64,000 nt of DNA from Malacoraja senta (taxonomy: Eukaryota): positions 1-64,000 of the forward strand of contig JAXLNO010000101.1 of assembly GCA_038087875.1 (NCBI GenBank), given 5' to 3'. Below are positions 1-13,324 of the stretch, one piece after another. Each line of letters starts with the position of its first letter. Within the stretch, counting starts at the first letter, position 1. The notes beneath the pieces are model-generated. The model was not told the DNA's origin. It worked only from the letters and a program-made list of their open reading frames with translations, and did not search any database. The translations under genes and the position numbers were made by a program.

Positions 1-196
1 TAACAGGATTCAGCATACTGAATCATGTTACTAACCATATACTCTTTGTAAGTAATTTGAAAATAAGAACACAGGTGTGTTTAAACCAAATGATTCAAAT
101 GTTTAAAGCCTTTTTTATTCTGAAACATTCCTATAGAGCTGCTGCTACTGCAAAAACGAGCTTTAAATAACTTTCAACAAACACACACACACTCAC

Positions 197-345
197 CATA
201 TGTCTGGCAGTAAGCTCTCTTGAATTACTCAAACGGTTCAGGGCGGCATCTCCACTTTGGCCCTTCCGCACTGAGCGCCACCTCTGAACTCACCGGAAAT
301 GATGCAATCAGCACCATCTCTCCAATAAGCGGAAGTCACGGAATG
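197..345 (-). promoter_or_regulatory. Possible promoter/first exon of a minus-strand gene (ATG immediately followed by a GTGAGT donor)
   Basis: The minus strand reads ...CAGACATATG|GTGAGT, with ATG at 199-197 and the donor at 196-191. CpG-containing sequence lies upstream with ETS-like CCGGAAAT (~293-300) and GCGGAAGT (~329-336) and CCAAT (~322). Motif evidence only; no downstream exon is in the window. Confidence 0.25.
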
Positions 346-504
346 AACGGCAATTTTGCATTAAACACAGTCCTGATCTAATAAAACGTTCATTCACGGT
401 GTTTCCTTCCAAAAACGGTTGCACAGCAAGCCAAATTAAAAGCGCAAGCCACATTTAAAAAGCAAAACACATTTTAAAATATAGGCACAGTTTAACGGCA
501 CAAT

Positions 505-642
505 CAAAAGGCAAACTTTTCAATTAGCGGCACTGTCAAAAGGCACACTTTTCAATTAGCGGCATTGTCAAAAGGCACACTTTTCAATTAGCGGCACAGT
601 CAAAAGGCACACTTTTCAATCAGCGGCACTGTCAAAAGGCAC
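505..642 (+). repeat. 32-bp minisatellite, ~4.3 copies (CAAAAGGCACACTTTTCAATTAGCGGCACTGT)
   Basis: Units start at 505, 537, 569, 601 and 633 with few substitutions. Confidence 0.95.
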
Positions 643-1070
643 GTAAAAACATTTATTCCTTCCAAACAAAGTTACAAATAAACCACATAATAGCACATAG
701 ATCCACACTTACAGTTTAGAAGACATCTGTTCAGTGTTCACTTTATTCACATGCTCAGAGAGTCGTGACCTCTCCCTTCCCCATCTTGCAGGGACTGCGG
801 CACGTCCACACTTCCGGATTTATTGTCCCTCCCCCTCCCACCGGATGGGGCGTGGCCTTCATGGCGTGATTGACAGGAGAGAGAATCTCAACATTTTTAA
901 AACATTAATATGACTTTTATTTTTCATCGATGGGAAAAATCCTCTGGCCCTGACAGCTGGAGGGGGGCTCTGAGTAAGATGGCCAAAAATCACAGCCATA
1001 AATGGTAGCGATTTTTCCAAAACCAATATAGAGTGCAAACAGGAAGTGGTCAAGATATGACTTTTAATCA

Positions 1071-1187
1071 CTTGCTTATGCTTTTTCAAAGCAACCACAC
1101 TTGCCTTTGCATTTTGAAAGCAACCGCACTTGCCTTTGCATTTTCAAAGCAACCGCACTTCCGTTTGCATTTTCAAAGCAACCGCAC
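1071..1187 (+). repeat. Left edge of the satellite array: four 29-bp variant monomers (CTTGCCTTTGCATTTTCAAAGCAACCGCA)
   Basis: Units start at 1071, 1100, 1129 and 1158. They share the TTTGCATTTTCAAAGCAA core with the main satellite. Confidence 0.9.
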
Positions 1188-2660
1188 ATAGAGACATGCA
1201 AAGTAGGTGCAGGAGTAGGCCATTCGGCCCTTCGAGCCTGCACCGCCATTCAATATGATCATGGCTGATCATCCAACTCATTATCCCGTACCTGCCTTCT
1301 CTCCATATCCCCTGATCCCCTTAGCCACAAGGGCCACATCTAACTCCCTCGTAAATATAGCCACTGAACTGGCCTCAACTATCTTCTGTGGCAGAGAATT
1401 CCAGAGATTCACCACTCTCTGTGTGAAAAATGTTTTTCTCATCTCGGTCCTAAAAGACATCCCCCTTATCCTTAAACTGTGACCCATTGTTCTGGACTTC
1501 CCTAACATCGGGAACAATCTTCCTGCATGTAGCTTGTCCAACCCCTTAAGAATTTTGTAAGTTTCTATAAGATCCCCCTCAATCTTCTAAATTCTAGCGA
1601 GTACAATCCGAGTCTATCCAGTCTTTCTTTATATGAAACTCCTGACATCCCAGGAATCAGTCTGGTGAACTTTCTCTGTACTCCCTCTATGGCAAGAATG
1701 TATTTCCTCAGATTAGGAGACCAAAACTGTACGCAATACTCCAGGTGTGGTCTCACCAAGACCCTGTACAACTGTATTAGAACCTCCCTGCTCCTATACA
1801 CAAATCCCTTTGCTATGAATCCTAACATACCATTCGCTTTCTTCACTGCCTGCTGCACCTTCATGCCTACTTTCAACGACTGGTGTACCATGACACTTAG
1901 GTCTCGTTGCATCTCCCCTTTTCCTAATGGGCCACCATTCAGATAATAGTCTACTTTCCTGTTTTTGCCACCAAAGTGGATAACCTCACATTTATCCACA
2001 TTATACTGCATCTGCCATGCATTTACCCACTCACCCAACCCAACCAAGTCACCTTGCAGCCTCCTAGCATCCTCCTCGCAGCTAACACTGCCATCCAGCT
2101 TCCTGTCATCCGCAAACTTGGAGATGTTGCATTCAATTCCCTCGTCCAAATCTTTAATATATATTGTAAGTAGCTGGGGTCACAGCACCGAGCCTTGCAG
2201 TACCCAATAGTCACGGCCTGCCATTTTGAAAAGGACCCGTTTGCTCCTACTCTTTGCTTCCTGTCTGCCAGCCAGTTTTCGATCCGCATCAATATTAAAC
2301 TCCCAATCCCGTGTGATGTAAGTTTGCATACTAGTCTATTATGAAGTACGTTGTCGAAAGCCTTCTGAAAGTTCAGATATAACACATCCACTGGTTCTCC
2401 CCTATCCACACTACAAGTTACATCCTCGAAAAATTCTATAAGATTCGTCAGACATGATTTACCATGCTGACTTTGTCCAATGGTTTCACCACTTTCCAAA
2501 TGTGCTGCTATTCCATCTTTAATAACTAGCATTTTCCCCACTACCACTGTTAGACTAACTGATCTGTAATTCCCCGTTTTCTCTCTCACTCACATTTTAA
2601 AAAGTGGGGTTAAATTAGCTACCATCCAATCCTCAGGAACTACTCCAGAATCTAAAGAGT
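1188..2660 (-). mobile_element. 5'-truncated CR1-clade LINE (RT region of ORF2 plus 3' UTR), frameshifted
   Basis: The frames 2023-2589, 1565-2149 and 1281-1541 encode NYRSVSLT, KSCLTNLIEFFE, FQKAFD, SKFADD, LVRPHLEYCVQFWSP and FFTQRVVNLWNSLP. The 3' UTR has a GGCC-GAAT-GGCC hairpin and an ATGTCTCTAT tail. The flanks rejoin as an intact 29-bp monomer (GCAACCGCAC|TTGCCTTTGC), so there is no TSD. Confidence 0.95.
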
Positions 2661-5600
2661 TTGCCTTTGCATTTTCATAGCAAACCACCTTTTGCATTTT
2701 CGAAGTTAACCACCTTTTGCATTTTCAAAGCAAACCACCGTTTGCATTTTCAAAGCAAACCACCTATTGCATTTTCAAAGTAAACCAACATTTGGATTTT
2801 AAAATCAAACCACCTTTTGCATTTTCAAAGAAAACCACCATTTGCATTTTCAAAGAAAACCACCATTTGCAATTTCACACCAAACCATCATTTGCATTTT
2901 CAAAGCAAGCCTTTTACATTCTCACACCAGACCATCAATTGCCTTTTCAAATCAAACCACCTGTTGCAATTTCAAAGCAAACCACCATTTGCATTTTCAA
3001 CACAAACCTTTGGCATTTTCAAAGCAAGCATTTTGCATTTTCAAAGCAAACCATTTGCATTTTCAAAGCAACCCTTTGCATTTTCAAAGCAAACCTTTTG
3101 CATTTTCTAAGCACACCTTTTGCATTTTCAAACCAATCCACCTTTTGCATTTTCAAAGAAAACCACCTTTTGCAAAGCAAACCACCTTTTGCATTTTGAA
3201 GGCAAACCGCAATTTGCATTTTCGAAGCAAACCGCCATTTGCATTTTCGAAGCCAACCGCCATTTGCATTTTCGAAAGGAACCTTTTACATTTTCAACGC
3301 AAACCATCTTTTGTATTTCAAATCAAACCACCTGTTTGCGTTTTCAAAGCAAACCACCATTTGCATTTTCACACCAAACCATCATTTGCATTTTCCAAGC
3401 AAGCCTTTTGCATTTCCACACCAAACCATCATTTGCATTTTCAAAGTAAACCTTTTGGATTTTCAAAGCAAACCACCATTTGCATTTTCAAAGCAAACCA
3501 CCTTTGCATTTTCAAAACAAACCACATTTTGCATTTTCAAAGCAAAATATGTTTCGCATTTTCAAAGCAATCCATCATTTGCATTTTCAAAGCAAACCGC
3601 CTTTTGCATTTTCAAAGCAAACCGTTTTTTGCATTTTCAAAGCAAACCACCTTTTGCATTTTCAAAGCAAACCACCTTTTGCATTTTGAAATCAAACCAC
3701 CTTTTGCATTTTCAAAGCAAACCAATTTTTTGCATTTTCAAAGCAAACCGCCATTTGCATTTGCAAAGCAAACCACCTTTTGCATTTTCAACGCAAACCA
3801 CAATTTGCATTTTCAAAGCAAACAACCATTTGCATTTTGAAAGCAAACCACGATTTGCATTTTCAAAGCAAACAACCATTTGCATTTTGAAAGCAAACCA
3901 CGATTTGCATTTTCGAAGCAAACCTTTTGCATTTTGAAAGCAAAGCATTTGCATTTGAAAAGCAAACCACCATTTGCATTTTCATGCAAACCACCATTTG
4001 CATTTTCAAAGCAAACCACCATTTGCAATTTCAAAGCAAACCTTTTGCATATTCAAGGCAAACCCTTTGTATTTTCAAAGTAAACCAGCATTTACATTTT
4101 CAAAGCAAACCACAATTTGCATTTTCAAAGTAAACCACCATTTGTATTTACAAAGCAAGCCACCTTTTGCATTTTTAAAGCAAATCACCTTTTGCATTTT
4201 CATACCAAACCGCCATTTGCATTTTCAAAGCAAACCGCAATTTGCATTTTAGAAGCAAACCGTTTTACATTTCAAAGCAAACCACCTTTTGCATTTTCAA
4301 GGCAAACCTCCATTTGCATTTTCAAAGCAAACCACCTTTTGCATTTTCAAAGGAAACCACCTTTTGCATTTTCAAAGCAAACCATCTTATGCATTTTCAA
4401 AGCAAATCACCTGTCGCAATTTCAAAGCAAACCACCTGTTGCATTTTCAAAGCAAAACACTTTTCGCATTTTGAAAGCAAACCACCATTTGCATTTTCAA
4501 AGCAAACCAACATTTGCATTTTCAACACAAACCTTTTACATTTTCAAAGGAAACCTTTTGCATTTTTTAAACACATCTTTTGCAATTTCAAACCAAACCA
4601 CCTTTTGCATTTTCAAAGAAAACCACCTTTTGCAAAGCAAACCACCTTTTGCATTTTGAAAGCAAACCGCAATTTGCATTTTCGAAGCAAACCGCCATTT
4701 ACATTTTCGAAGGAAACCGCCATTTGCATTTTCGGAGGAAACCATTTACATTTTCAAACCAAACCACCTTTTGCATTTTCAAAGCAAACTACCTTTTGCA
4801 TTTTGAAAGCAAAACTTTTGCATTTTCAAAGGAAACCACCTTTGTATTTCCAATCCTAACCACCATTTGCATTTTCAATGCAAACATTCATTTGCATTTC
4901 AATAAACCTTTTGCATTTTCAAAGCAAACCTTTTGCATTTTCAAACCAAACCTCCATTTGCATTTTCAAAACAAACCAACATATGCGTTTTCAAACCAAA
5001 CCGCCTTTTGCATTTTCAAACAAAACCACCATTCGCATTTTCAAAACAAACCACTATTTTCCATTTTCAATCCAAATCACCTTTTGCATTTTCAAACCAA
5101 ACCATCTTTTGCATTTTCAAACCAAACCACCTTTTGCATTTTCAAAGCAAACCTTTTGAATTTTCAAACCTAACATCCTTTTGCATTTACAAACCAAACC
5201 ATCATTTACATTTTCAAAGCAAACCTATTGAATTTACAAAGAAAACTTCCTTTTGCATTTTGAAAGTAAGCCTTTTGCATTTTCAAAGCAAATCTTTTGC
5301 ACATTCAAAGCAAACATTTTGCTTTTTCATAGAAAACCACATTTTTGCATTTTCAAACCAAACCTCCTTTTGCATTTTCAAACAAAACCACCATTTGTAC
5401 TTTCAAACCAAACCATCATTTTGTATTTTCAAACTAAACCACCTTTTGCATCTTCAAAGCAAATTAACTTTTGCATTTCCAAATCCAAACTTTTGCATTT
5501 TCAAAGCAAACCTTTCCCATTTTCAAACCAAACTACCTTTTGCATTTCCAAACCGAATCACAATTTGCATTTTCAAACGTGACCACCTTTTGCCATTCCA

Positions 5601-8600
5601 AAGCAAACCACATTTTGCATTTTCAAAGCAAACCTTTTGCATTTACAAAGCAAACCACCTTTTGCATTTCCAATCAAAACCACAATTTGTACTTGCAACC
5701 CAAACCACCTTTTGCATTTTCAAAGCAAACCACTTTTTGCATTTTCAAAGCAAACCTTTTGCATTTTCAAACCATACCTCCCTTTGCATTTTCAAACCAA
5801 ACCACCATATGCGTTTTCAAACAAAACCACCTTTTGATTTTTTCATACAAAACCACCATTCGCATTTTCAAAACAAACCACCATTTTCTATTTTCAATCC
5901 AAACCACCTTTTGCATTTCAAACCAAACGAACTTTTGCAATTTCAAACCAAACTACCTTTTGCATTTTCAAAGCAAACCTTTTGAATTTTCAAACCAAAC
6001 CTCCTTTTGCATTTTCAAACCAAACCACCATTTGCATTTTGAAAGCAAATCTTTCGCATTTTGAAAACCAAACTTCCTTTTGCATTTTCAATGCAAACCT
6101 TTTGCATTTTCAAAGCAAACCGTTTGCACATTCAAAGCAAACCTTTTGCGTTTTCCAAAGAAAACCACATTTTTGCATTTTCAAACCAAAACTCCTTTTG
6201 CATTTTTAAAAACAAAACCACCATTTGTATTTTCAAACCAAACCATCATTTTGTATTTCCAAACCAAATCACAACTTGCATTAGCAAACGAAACCACCTT
6301 TTGCATTTCCAAAGCAAACCACATTTTGCATTTCCAAAGCAAACCATTTGCATTTTCAAAGCAAACCGTTGCAATTTCAAAGCAAACCTTTTGCATTTTC
6401 TAGGCGAACCTTTTGCATTTTCAAAGCAAACCTTTTGCATTTTCAAAGAAAACCACCTTTTGCATTTCAAAGAAAACCACCTTTTGCATTTTCAAACCAA
6501 ACCACCATTTGCGTTTTCAAATCAAACCAACATTTGCATTTTATATCCAATCATTTTGCATTTTCAAATCAATCCTTTTGCATATTCAAACTAAACCTCC
6601 ATTAGATGTTTCAAACTAAACCACCATTTGCATTTTCAAACTAAACTTTATCATTTTCAAACCAAACCTTTTGCATTTTCAATACAAACCTTTTGCATTT
6701 TCAAACCAAATCCCTTGCATTTTCAAACCAAACCACCTTTTGCATTTTCAAACAAAACCACCATTTGCATTTTCAAACCAAACCTCCTTTTGCATTTTCA
6801 AACCAAACCATCATTTGCATTTTCAAAGCAAACCTTTTGCATTTTCAAAGCAAACCTGTTGCACTGTCAAATCAAACATTTTGCATTTTCAAAGAAAACC
6901 ACCTTTTGCATTTTCAAAGTAAACCTCCTGTTACATTTTCAAAGTAAACATATTGCATTTTCAAAGCTAACCAACTTTTGCATTTCCAAACCAAACCACC
7001 ATTTGTATTTTTCAACCCAAACCACCTTTTGCATTTTTAAAGCAAACCACATTTTGCATTTTAAAGCAAACCACTTATTGCATTTTAAAGCAAACATTTT
7101 GTATTTTCAAGGTAAACCTTTTGCATTTTTAAACCAAACCTCCTTTTGCATTTTCAAACCAAACCATCATTTACGTTTTCAAACCAAACCAACATTTGCG
7201 TTTTCAAACTACAATTTGCATTTTCCAACCAAACCCCTATTTGCATTTTCAATCCAAACCATTTGCATTTTCATACCAAACCTTTTCAATTTTCAAACCA
7301 AACCACCAGTTGAATTTTCAAACCAAACCACCATTTGCATTTTCAAACCAAACCACCATTTGCATTTTCAAACCAAACCACCATTTGCATTTTTCAAACC
7401 AAACCACCATTTGCATGTTAAAAGCAAACCTTTTGCATTTTCAAAACTAACCACTTTTTGCATTTTCAAAGCAAACCTTTTGCATTATCAAAGCAAAACT
7501 TTTGCATTTTCAAACCAAACCATCATTTGCATGTTAAAAGCAAACCTTTTGCATTTTCAAACAAAACCACGATTTGTATTTTCAAACCAAACCATCATTT
7601 TGTATTTTCATACCAAACCACCTTTTGCATCTTCAAAGCAAATTAACTTTTGCATTTTCAAAGCCAACCTTTTGCATTTTCAAAGCAATCCTTTCCCATT
7701 TTCAATCCAGACCACCTTTTGCTGTTCCAAACCAAATCACAATTTGCATTATCAAACCAAAGCACCTTTTGCATTTCCAAAGCAAACCACATTTTGCATT
7801 TTCAAAGCAAACCTTTTTGCATTTTCTAAATAAAACCTTCTTTTGCATTTTCAAAGCAAACCTTCAGCATTTTCAAAGGAAACCTTTTGCTTTTTCATAC
7901 CAAACCTCCTTTTGCATTTTCAAACCAAACCTCCTTTTGCATTTTCAAACCAAACTTCCTTTTGCATTTTCAAAGCAAATCTTTTTGCATTATGAAAGCA
8001 AACCTTTTTGCATTCTCAAACCAAACCTCCTTTTGCATTTTCAAAGCAAACTACATTTTGCATTTTGTAAGCAAAACTTTTCCATTTTCAAAGCAAACCA
8101 CCTTTTGCATTTCCAATCCAAACCACCATTTGTATTTTCAACCTAAACCACCTTTTGCATTTTCAAACCAAACCACTTTTTGCATTTTCAAACCAAACCA
8201 CCTTTTGCATTTTCAAAGCAAACCTTTTGAATTTTCAAACCTAACATCCTTTTGCATTTTCAAACCAAACCATCATTTACATTTTCAAAGCAAACCTTTT
8301 GAATTTACAAAGAAAACTTCCTTTTGCATTTTGAAAGTAAACCTTTTGCATTTTCAAAGCAAATCTTTTGCACATTCAAAGCAAACCTTTTGTTTTTTCA
8401 TAGAAAACCACATTTTTGCATTTTCAAACCAAACCACCTTTTGCATTTTCAAACAAAACCACCATTTGTATTTTCAAACCAAACCATCATTTTGTATTTT
8501 CAAACTAAACCACCTTTTGCATCTTCAAAGCAAATTAACTTTTGCATTTCCAAATCCAAACTTTTGCATTTTCAAAGCAAACCTTTCCCATTTTCAAACC

Positions 8601-11600
8601 AAACTACCTTTTGCATTTCCAAACCAAATCACAATTTGCATTTTCAAACGTGACCACCTTTTGCCATTCCAAAGCAAACCACATTTTGCATTTTCAAAGC
8701 AAACCTTTTGCATTTACAAAGCAAACCACCTTTTACATTTCCAATCAAAACCACAATTTGTACTTTCAACCCAAACCACCTTTTGCATTTTCAAAGCAAA
8801 CCACTTTTTGCATTTTCAAAGCAAACCTTTTGCATTTTCAAACCATACCTCCCTTTGCATTTTCAAACCAAATCACCATATGCGTTTTGAAACAAAACCA
8901 CCTTTTGCATTTTCATACAAAACCACCATTCGCATTTTCAAAACAAACCACCATTTTCTATTTTCAATCCAAACCACCTTTTGCATTTCAAACCAAACCA
9001 CCTTTTGAAATTTCAAACCAAACCACCTTTTGCATTTTCAAAGCAAACCTTTTGAATTTTCAAACCAAACCTCCTTTTGCATTTTCAAACCAAACCATCA
9101 TTTGCATTTTGAAAGCAAACCTTTCGCATTTTGAAAACCAAACTTCCTTTTGCATTTTCAATGCAAACCTTTTGCATTTTCAAAGCAAACCGTTTGCACA
9201 TTCAAAGCAAACCTTTTGCGTTTTCCAAAGAAAACCACATTTTTGCATTTTCAAACCAAAACTCCTTTTGCATTTTTAAAAACAAAACCACCATTTGTAT
9301 TTTCAAACCAAACCACCTTTTGCATCTTCAATGCAAATTAACTTTTGCATTTTCAAATCCAACCTTTTGCATTTTCCAAGAAAACCTTTCCCATTTTCAA
9401 ACCAAACCACCTTTTGCATTTCCAAACCAAATCACAACTTGCATTATCAAACGAAACCACCTTTTGCATTTCCAAAGCAAACCACATTTTGCATTTCCAA
9501 AGCAAACCATTTGCATTTTCAAAGCAAACCGTTGCAATTTCAAAGCAAACCATTTGCATTTTCTAGGCGAACCTTTTGCATTTTCAAAGCAAACCTTTTG
9601 CATTTTCAAAGAAAACCACCTTTTGCATTTCAAAGAAAACCACCTTTTGCATTTTCAAACCAAACCACCATTTGCGTTTTCAAATCAAACCAACATTTGC
9701 ATTTTATATCCAATCATTTTGCATTTTCAAATCAATGCTTTTGCATATTCAAACTAAACCTCCATTAGATGTTTCAAACTAAACCACCATTTGCATTTTC
9801 AAACTAAACTTTATCATTTTCAAACCAAACCTTTTGCATTTTCAATACAAACCTTTTGCATTTTCAAACCAAATCCCTTGCATTTTCAAACCAAACCACC
9901 TTTTGCATTTTCAAACAAAACCACCATTTGCATTTTCAAAACAAACCAACGTTTTGCATTTTCAAACCAAACCTCCTTTTGCATTTTCAAACCAAACCAT
10001 CATTTGCATTTTCAAAGCAAACCTTTTGCATTTTCAAAGCAAACATGTTGCGCTGTCAAATCAAACATTTTGCATTTTCAAAGAAAACCACCTTTTGCAT
10101 TTTCAAAGTAAACCTCCTGTTGCATTTTCAAAGTAAACATATTGCATTTTCAAAGCTAACCAACTTTTGCATTTCCAAACCAAACCACCATTTGTATTTT
10201 TCAACCCAAACCACCTTTTGCATTTTTAAAGCAAACCACATTTTGCATTTTAAAGCAAACCACTTATTGCATTTTAAAGCAAACATTTTGTATTTTCAAG
10301 GTAAACCTTTTGCATTTTTAAACCAAACCTCCTTTTGCATTTTCAAACCAAACCATCATTTACGTTTTCAAACCAAACCAACATTTGCGTTTTCAAACTA
10401 CAATTTGCATTTTCCAACCAAACCCCCATTTGCATTTTCAATCCAAACCATTTGCATTTTCATACCAAACCTTTTCAATTTTCAAACGAAACCACCAGTT
10501 GAATTTTCAAACCAAACCACCATTTGCATTTTCAAACCAAACCACCATTTGCATTTTCAAACCAAACCACCATTTGCATTTTCAAACCAAACCACCATTT
10601 GCATTTCCAATCCAATCCACCATTTGTATTTTCAACCCAGACTACCTTTTGCATTTTCAAAACTAACCACTTTTTACATTTTCAAAGCAAACCTTTTGCA
10701 TTATCAAAGCAAAGCTTTTGCATTTTCAAACCAAACCATCATTTGCATGTTAAAAGCAAACCTTTTGCATTTTCAAACAAAACCACCATTTGTATTTTCA
10801 AACCAAACCATCATTTTGTATTTTCAAACAAAACCACCTTTTGCATCTTCAAAGCAAATTAACTTGCATTTTTAAAGCCAACCTTTTGCATTTTCAAACC
10901 AATCCTTTCCCATTTTCAATCCAGACAACCTTTTGCAGTTCCAAACCAAATCACAATTTGCATTATCAAACCAAAGCACCTTTTGCATTTCCAAAGCAAA
11001 CCACATTTTGCATTTTCAAAGCAAACCTTTTTGCATTTTCTAAACAAACCTCCTTTTGCATTTTCAAACCAAACCTTCAGCATTTTCAAAGGAAACCTTT
11101 TGCTTTTTCATACCAAACCTCCTTTTGCATTTTCAAACCAAACCTCCTTTTGCATTTTCAAACCAAACTTCCTTTTGCATTTTCAAAGCAAATCTTTTTG
11201 CATTATGAAAGCAAACCTTTTTGCATTTTCAAACCAAACCTCCTTTTGCATTTTCAAAGCAAACTACATTTTGCATTTTGTAAGAAAAACTTTTCCATTT
11301 TCAAAGCAAACCACCTTTTGCATTTCCAATCCAAACCACCATTTGTATTTTCAACCTAAACCACCTTTTGCATTTTCAAAGCAAACCACTTTTTGCATTT
11401 TCAAAGCAAACATTTTGCATTTTCAAACCAAACCTCCCTTTGCATTTTCAAACCAAACCACCAGTTGCGTTTTCAAATCAAAACAACATTTGCATTTTCA
11501 TTCCAATCATTTTGCATTTTCAAATCAAACCTTTTGCATATTCAAACCAAACCACCATTTGATTTTTCAAACCAAACCACCATTTGCATTTTTAAACTAA

Positions 11601-13324
11601 ACCTTATCATTTTCAAACCAAACCTTTTGCATTTTCAAACCAAACCCTTTCTATTTTCAAACCAAATCCTTTGCATTTTCAAACCAAACCACCTTTTGCA
11701 TTTTTAAAGCAAGCCATCATTTGCATTTTCAAAGCAAACCTTTTGCATTTTCAAACCAAACTTCCTTTTGCATTTTCAAAGCAAACATTTTACATTTTTA
11801 AAGCAAACCTTTTGCATTTTCAACGCAAACCTTTTGCACTTTCAAAGCAAACCTTTTGCAATTTCAAAGAAAACCACCTTTTGCATTTTCAAAGTAAATC
11901 TCCTGTTGCATTTTCAAAGTCAACCTTTTGCATTTTCAAAGCTAACCACCTTTTGCATTTCCAAACCAAACCACCATTTGTATTTTTCAACCCAAACCAC
12001 CATTTACATTTTAAAAGCAAACCACCTTTTGCAATTGAAAGCAAACCACTTATTGCATTTTCAAAGTAAACCTTTTGCATTTTGAAAGTGAACCTTTTGT
12101 ATTTAAAAAAAAAACATCCTTTTGCATTTTCAAACCAAACCACCATTTTCATTTTCAAACCGAACCACCATTTGCATTTTAAACAAAACCACCATTTGCA
12201 TTTTGAAACCAAAACAAACCTTTTGCATTTTTAAAGCAAACCATCTGCATTTCCAAAGCTAACCTTTGTCATTTTCAAACCAAACCACCATTTACATTTT
12301 GTAACCAAACCACCATTTGCAAATTCAAACTAAATGTTTGCATTTTCAAACCAAACCTTTTGCATTTTCAAACCAAAACTTTTGCATTTTCAAACCAAAT
12401 CCTTTGCAATTTCAAACCAAACCACCTTTTGCATTTTCAAACAAAACCTCCATTTGCATTTTCAAACCATACCACCATTTTGCATTTTCAAAACAAACTA
12501 CCTTTTGCATTTTCAAACCAAACCCCCTTTTGCATTTTCAAAGTAAAACTTTTGCATTTTAAAACCAAACCGCCGTTTGCATTTTCAAAGCAAACCTTTT
12601 GCTTTTTCAAACCAAACATCCTTTTGCATTTTCAAAGCAAACCTTTTGCATTTTGAAAGCAAACCTTTTGCATTTTCAAAGCAAACCTTTAGCACTTTCA
12701 AATCTTTTGTATTTTCAAAGAAAACGACCTATTGCATTTTCAAAGAAAACCTCCTGTTGCATATTCAAAGTAAACATTTTGCATTTTCAAAGCAAACCTT
12801 TTGCATTTTCAAACCAAACCACCTTTTGCATTTCCATACCAAACCACCATTGCAATTTCAAACCAAACCAAATTTTGTATTTTCAAAGCAAATCTTTTGC
12901 ATTTTCAAACCAAACCAGCATTTGCATTTTCAAACAAAACCACGAGATGCATTTTCAAACCAAACCACCATTTTGCATTTTCAAACCAAACCACCTTTTG
13001 CATTTTCAAACCAAACCACCTTTTTGCATTTTCAAAGCAAACTAACTTGTGCATTTTCAAAGCCAACCGTTTGCATTTTCAAAGCAAACCGTTTCCATTT
13101 TCAAACCAAACCACCTTTTGCATTTCCAAACCAAACCACCATATGCATTTTCAAACTAAACCACCTTTTGCATTTTCAAACCAAACCATCATTTGCGTTT
13201 TCAAACCAAACCATCATTTGCGTTTTCAAACCAAACCATCATTTGCGTTTTCAAACCAAACCACAATTTGCGTTTTCAAACCACCATTTGCATTTTCAGA
13301 TCAAACCGCCATTTGCATTTTGAA
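2661..13324 (+). repeat. Satellite DNA, mixed 22/25-bp monomers TTTTGCATTTTCAAA(G/C)CAAACC(ACC)
   Basis: Continuous tandem monomers, all in the same orientation, with a G-poor plus strand. Confidence 0.98.
5107..11400 (+). repeat. ~3.1-3.2 kb higher-order tandem duplication (about 5107-8177 and 8178-11400)
   Basis: Rare variants recur at offsets of 3070-3216, e.g. CCTAACATCC at ~5169/8240, CAAACGTGACC at ~5574/8645 and CCATTAGATG at ~6599/9762. The ORF pairs 5253/8324 and 6628/9791 match. Confidence 0.9.

Noticed and set aside
270..290. CTCF site (minus strand AGGTGGCGC) as an insulator at the array edge
   Set aside because: Only the 3' half of the motif matches, and the 5' CCASY part is absent.
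859..1098. 79-aa minus-strand ORF
   Set aside because: It starts inside satellite sequence and has no recognisable motif.
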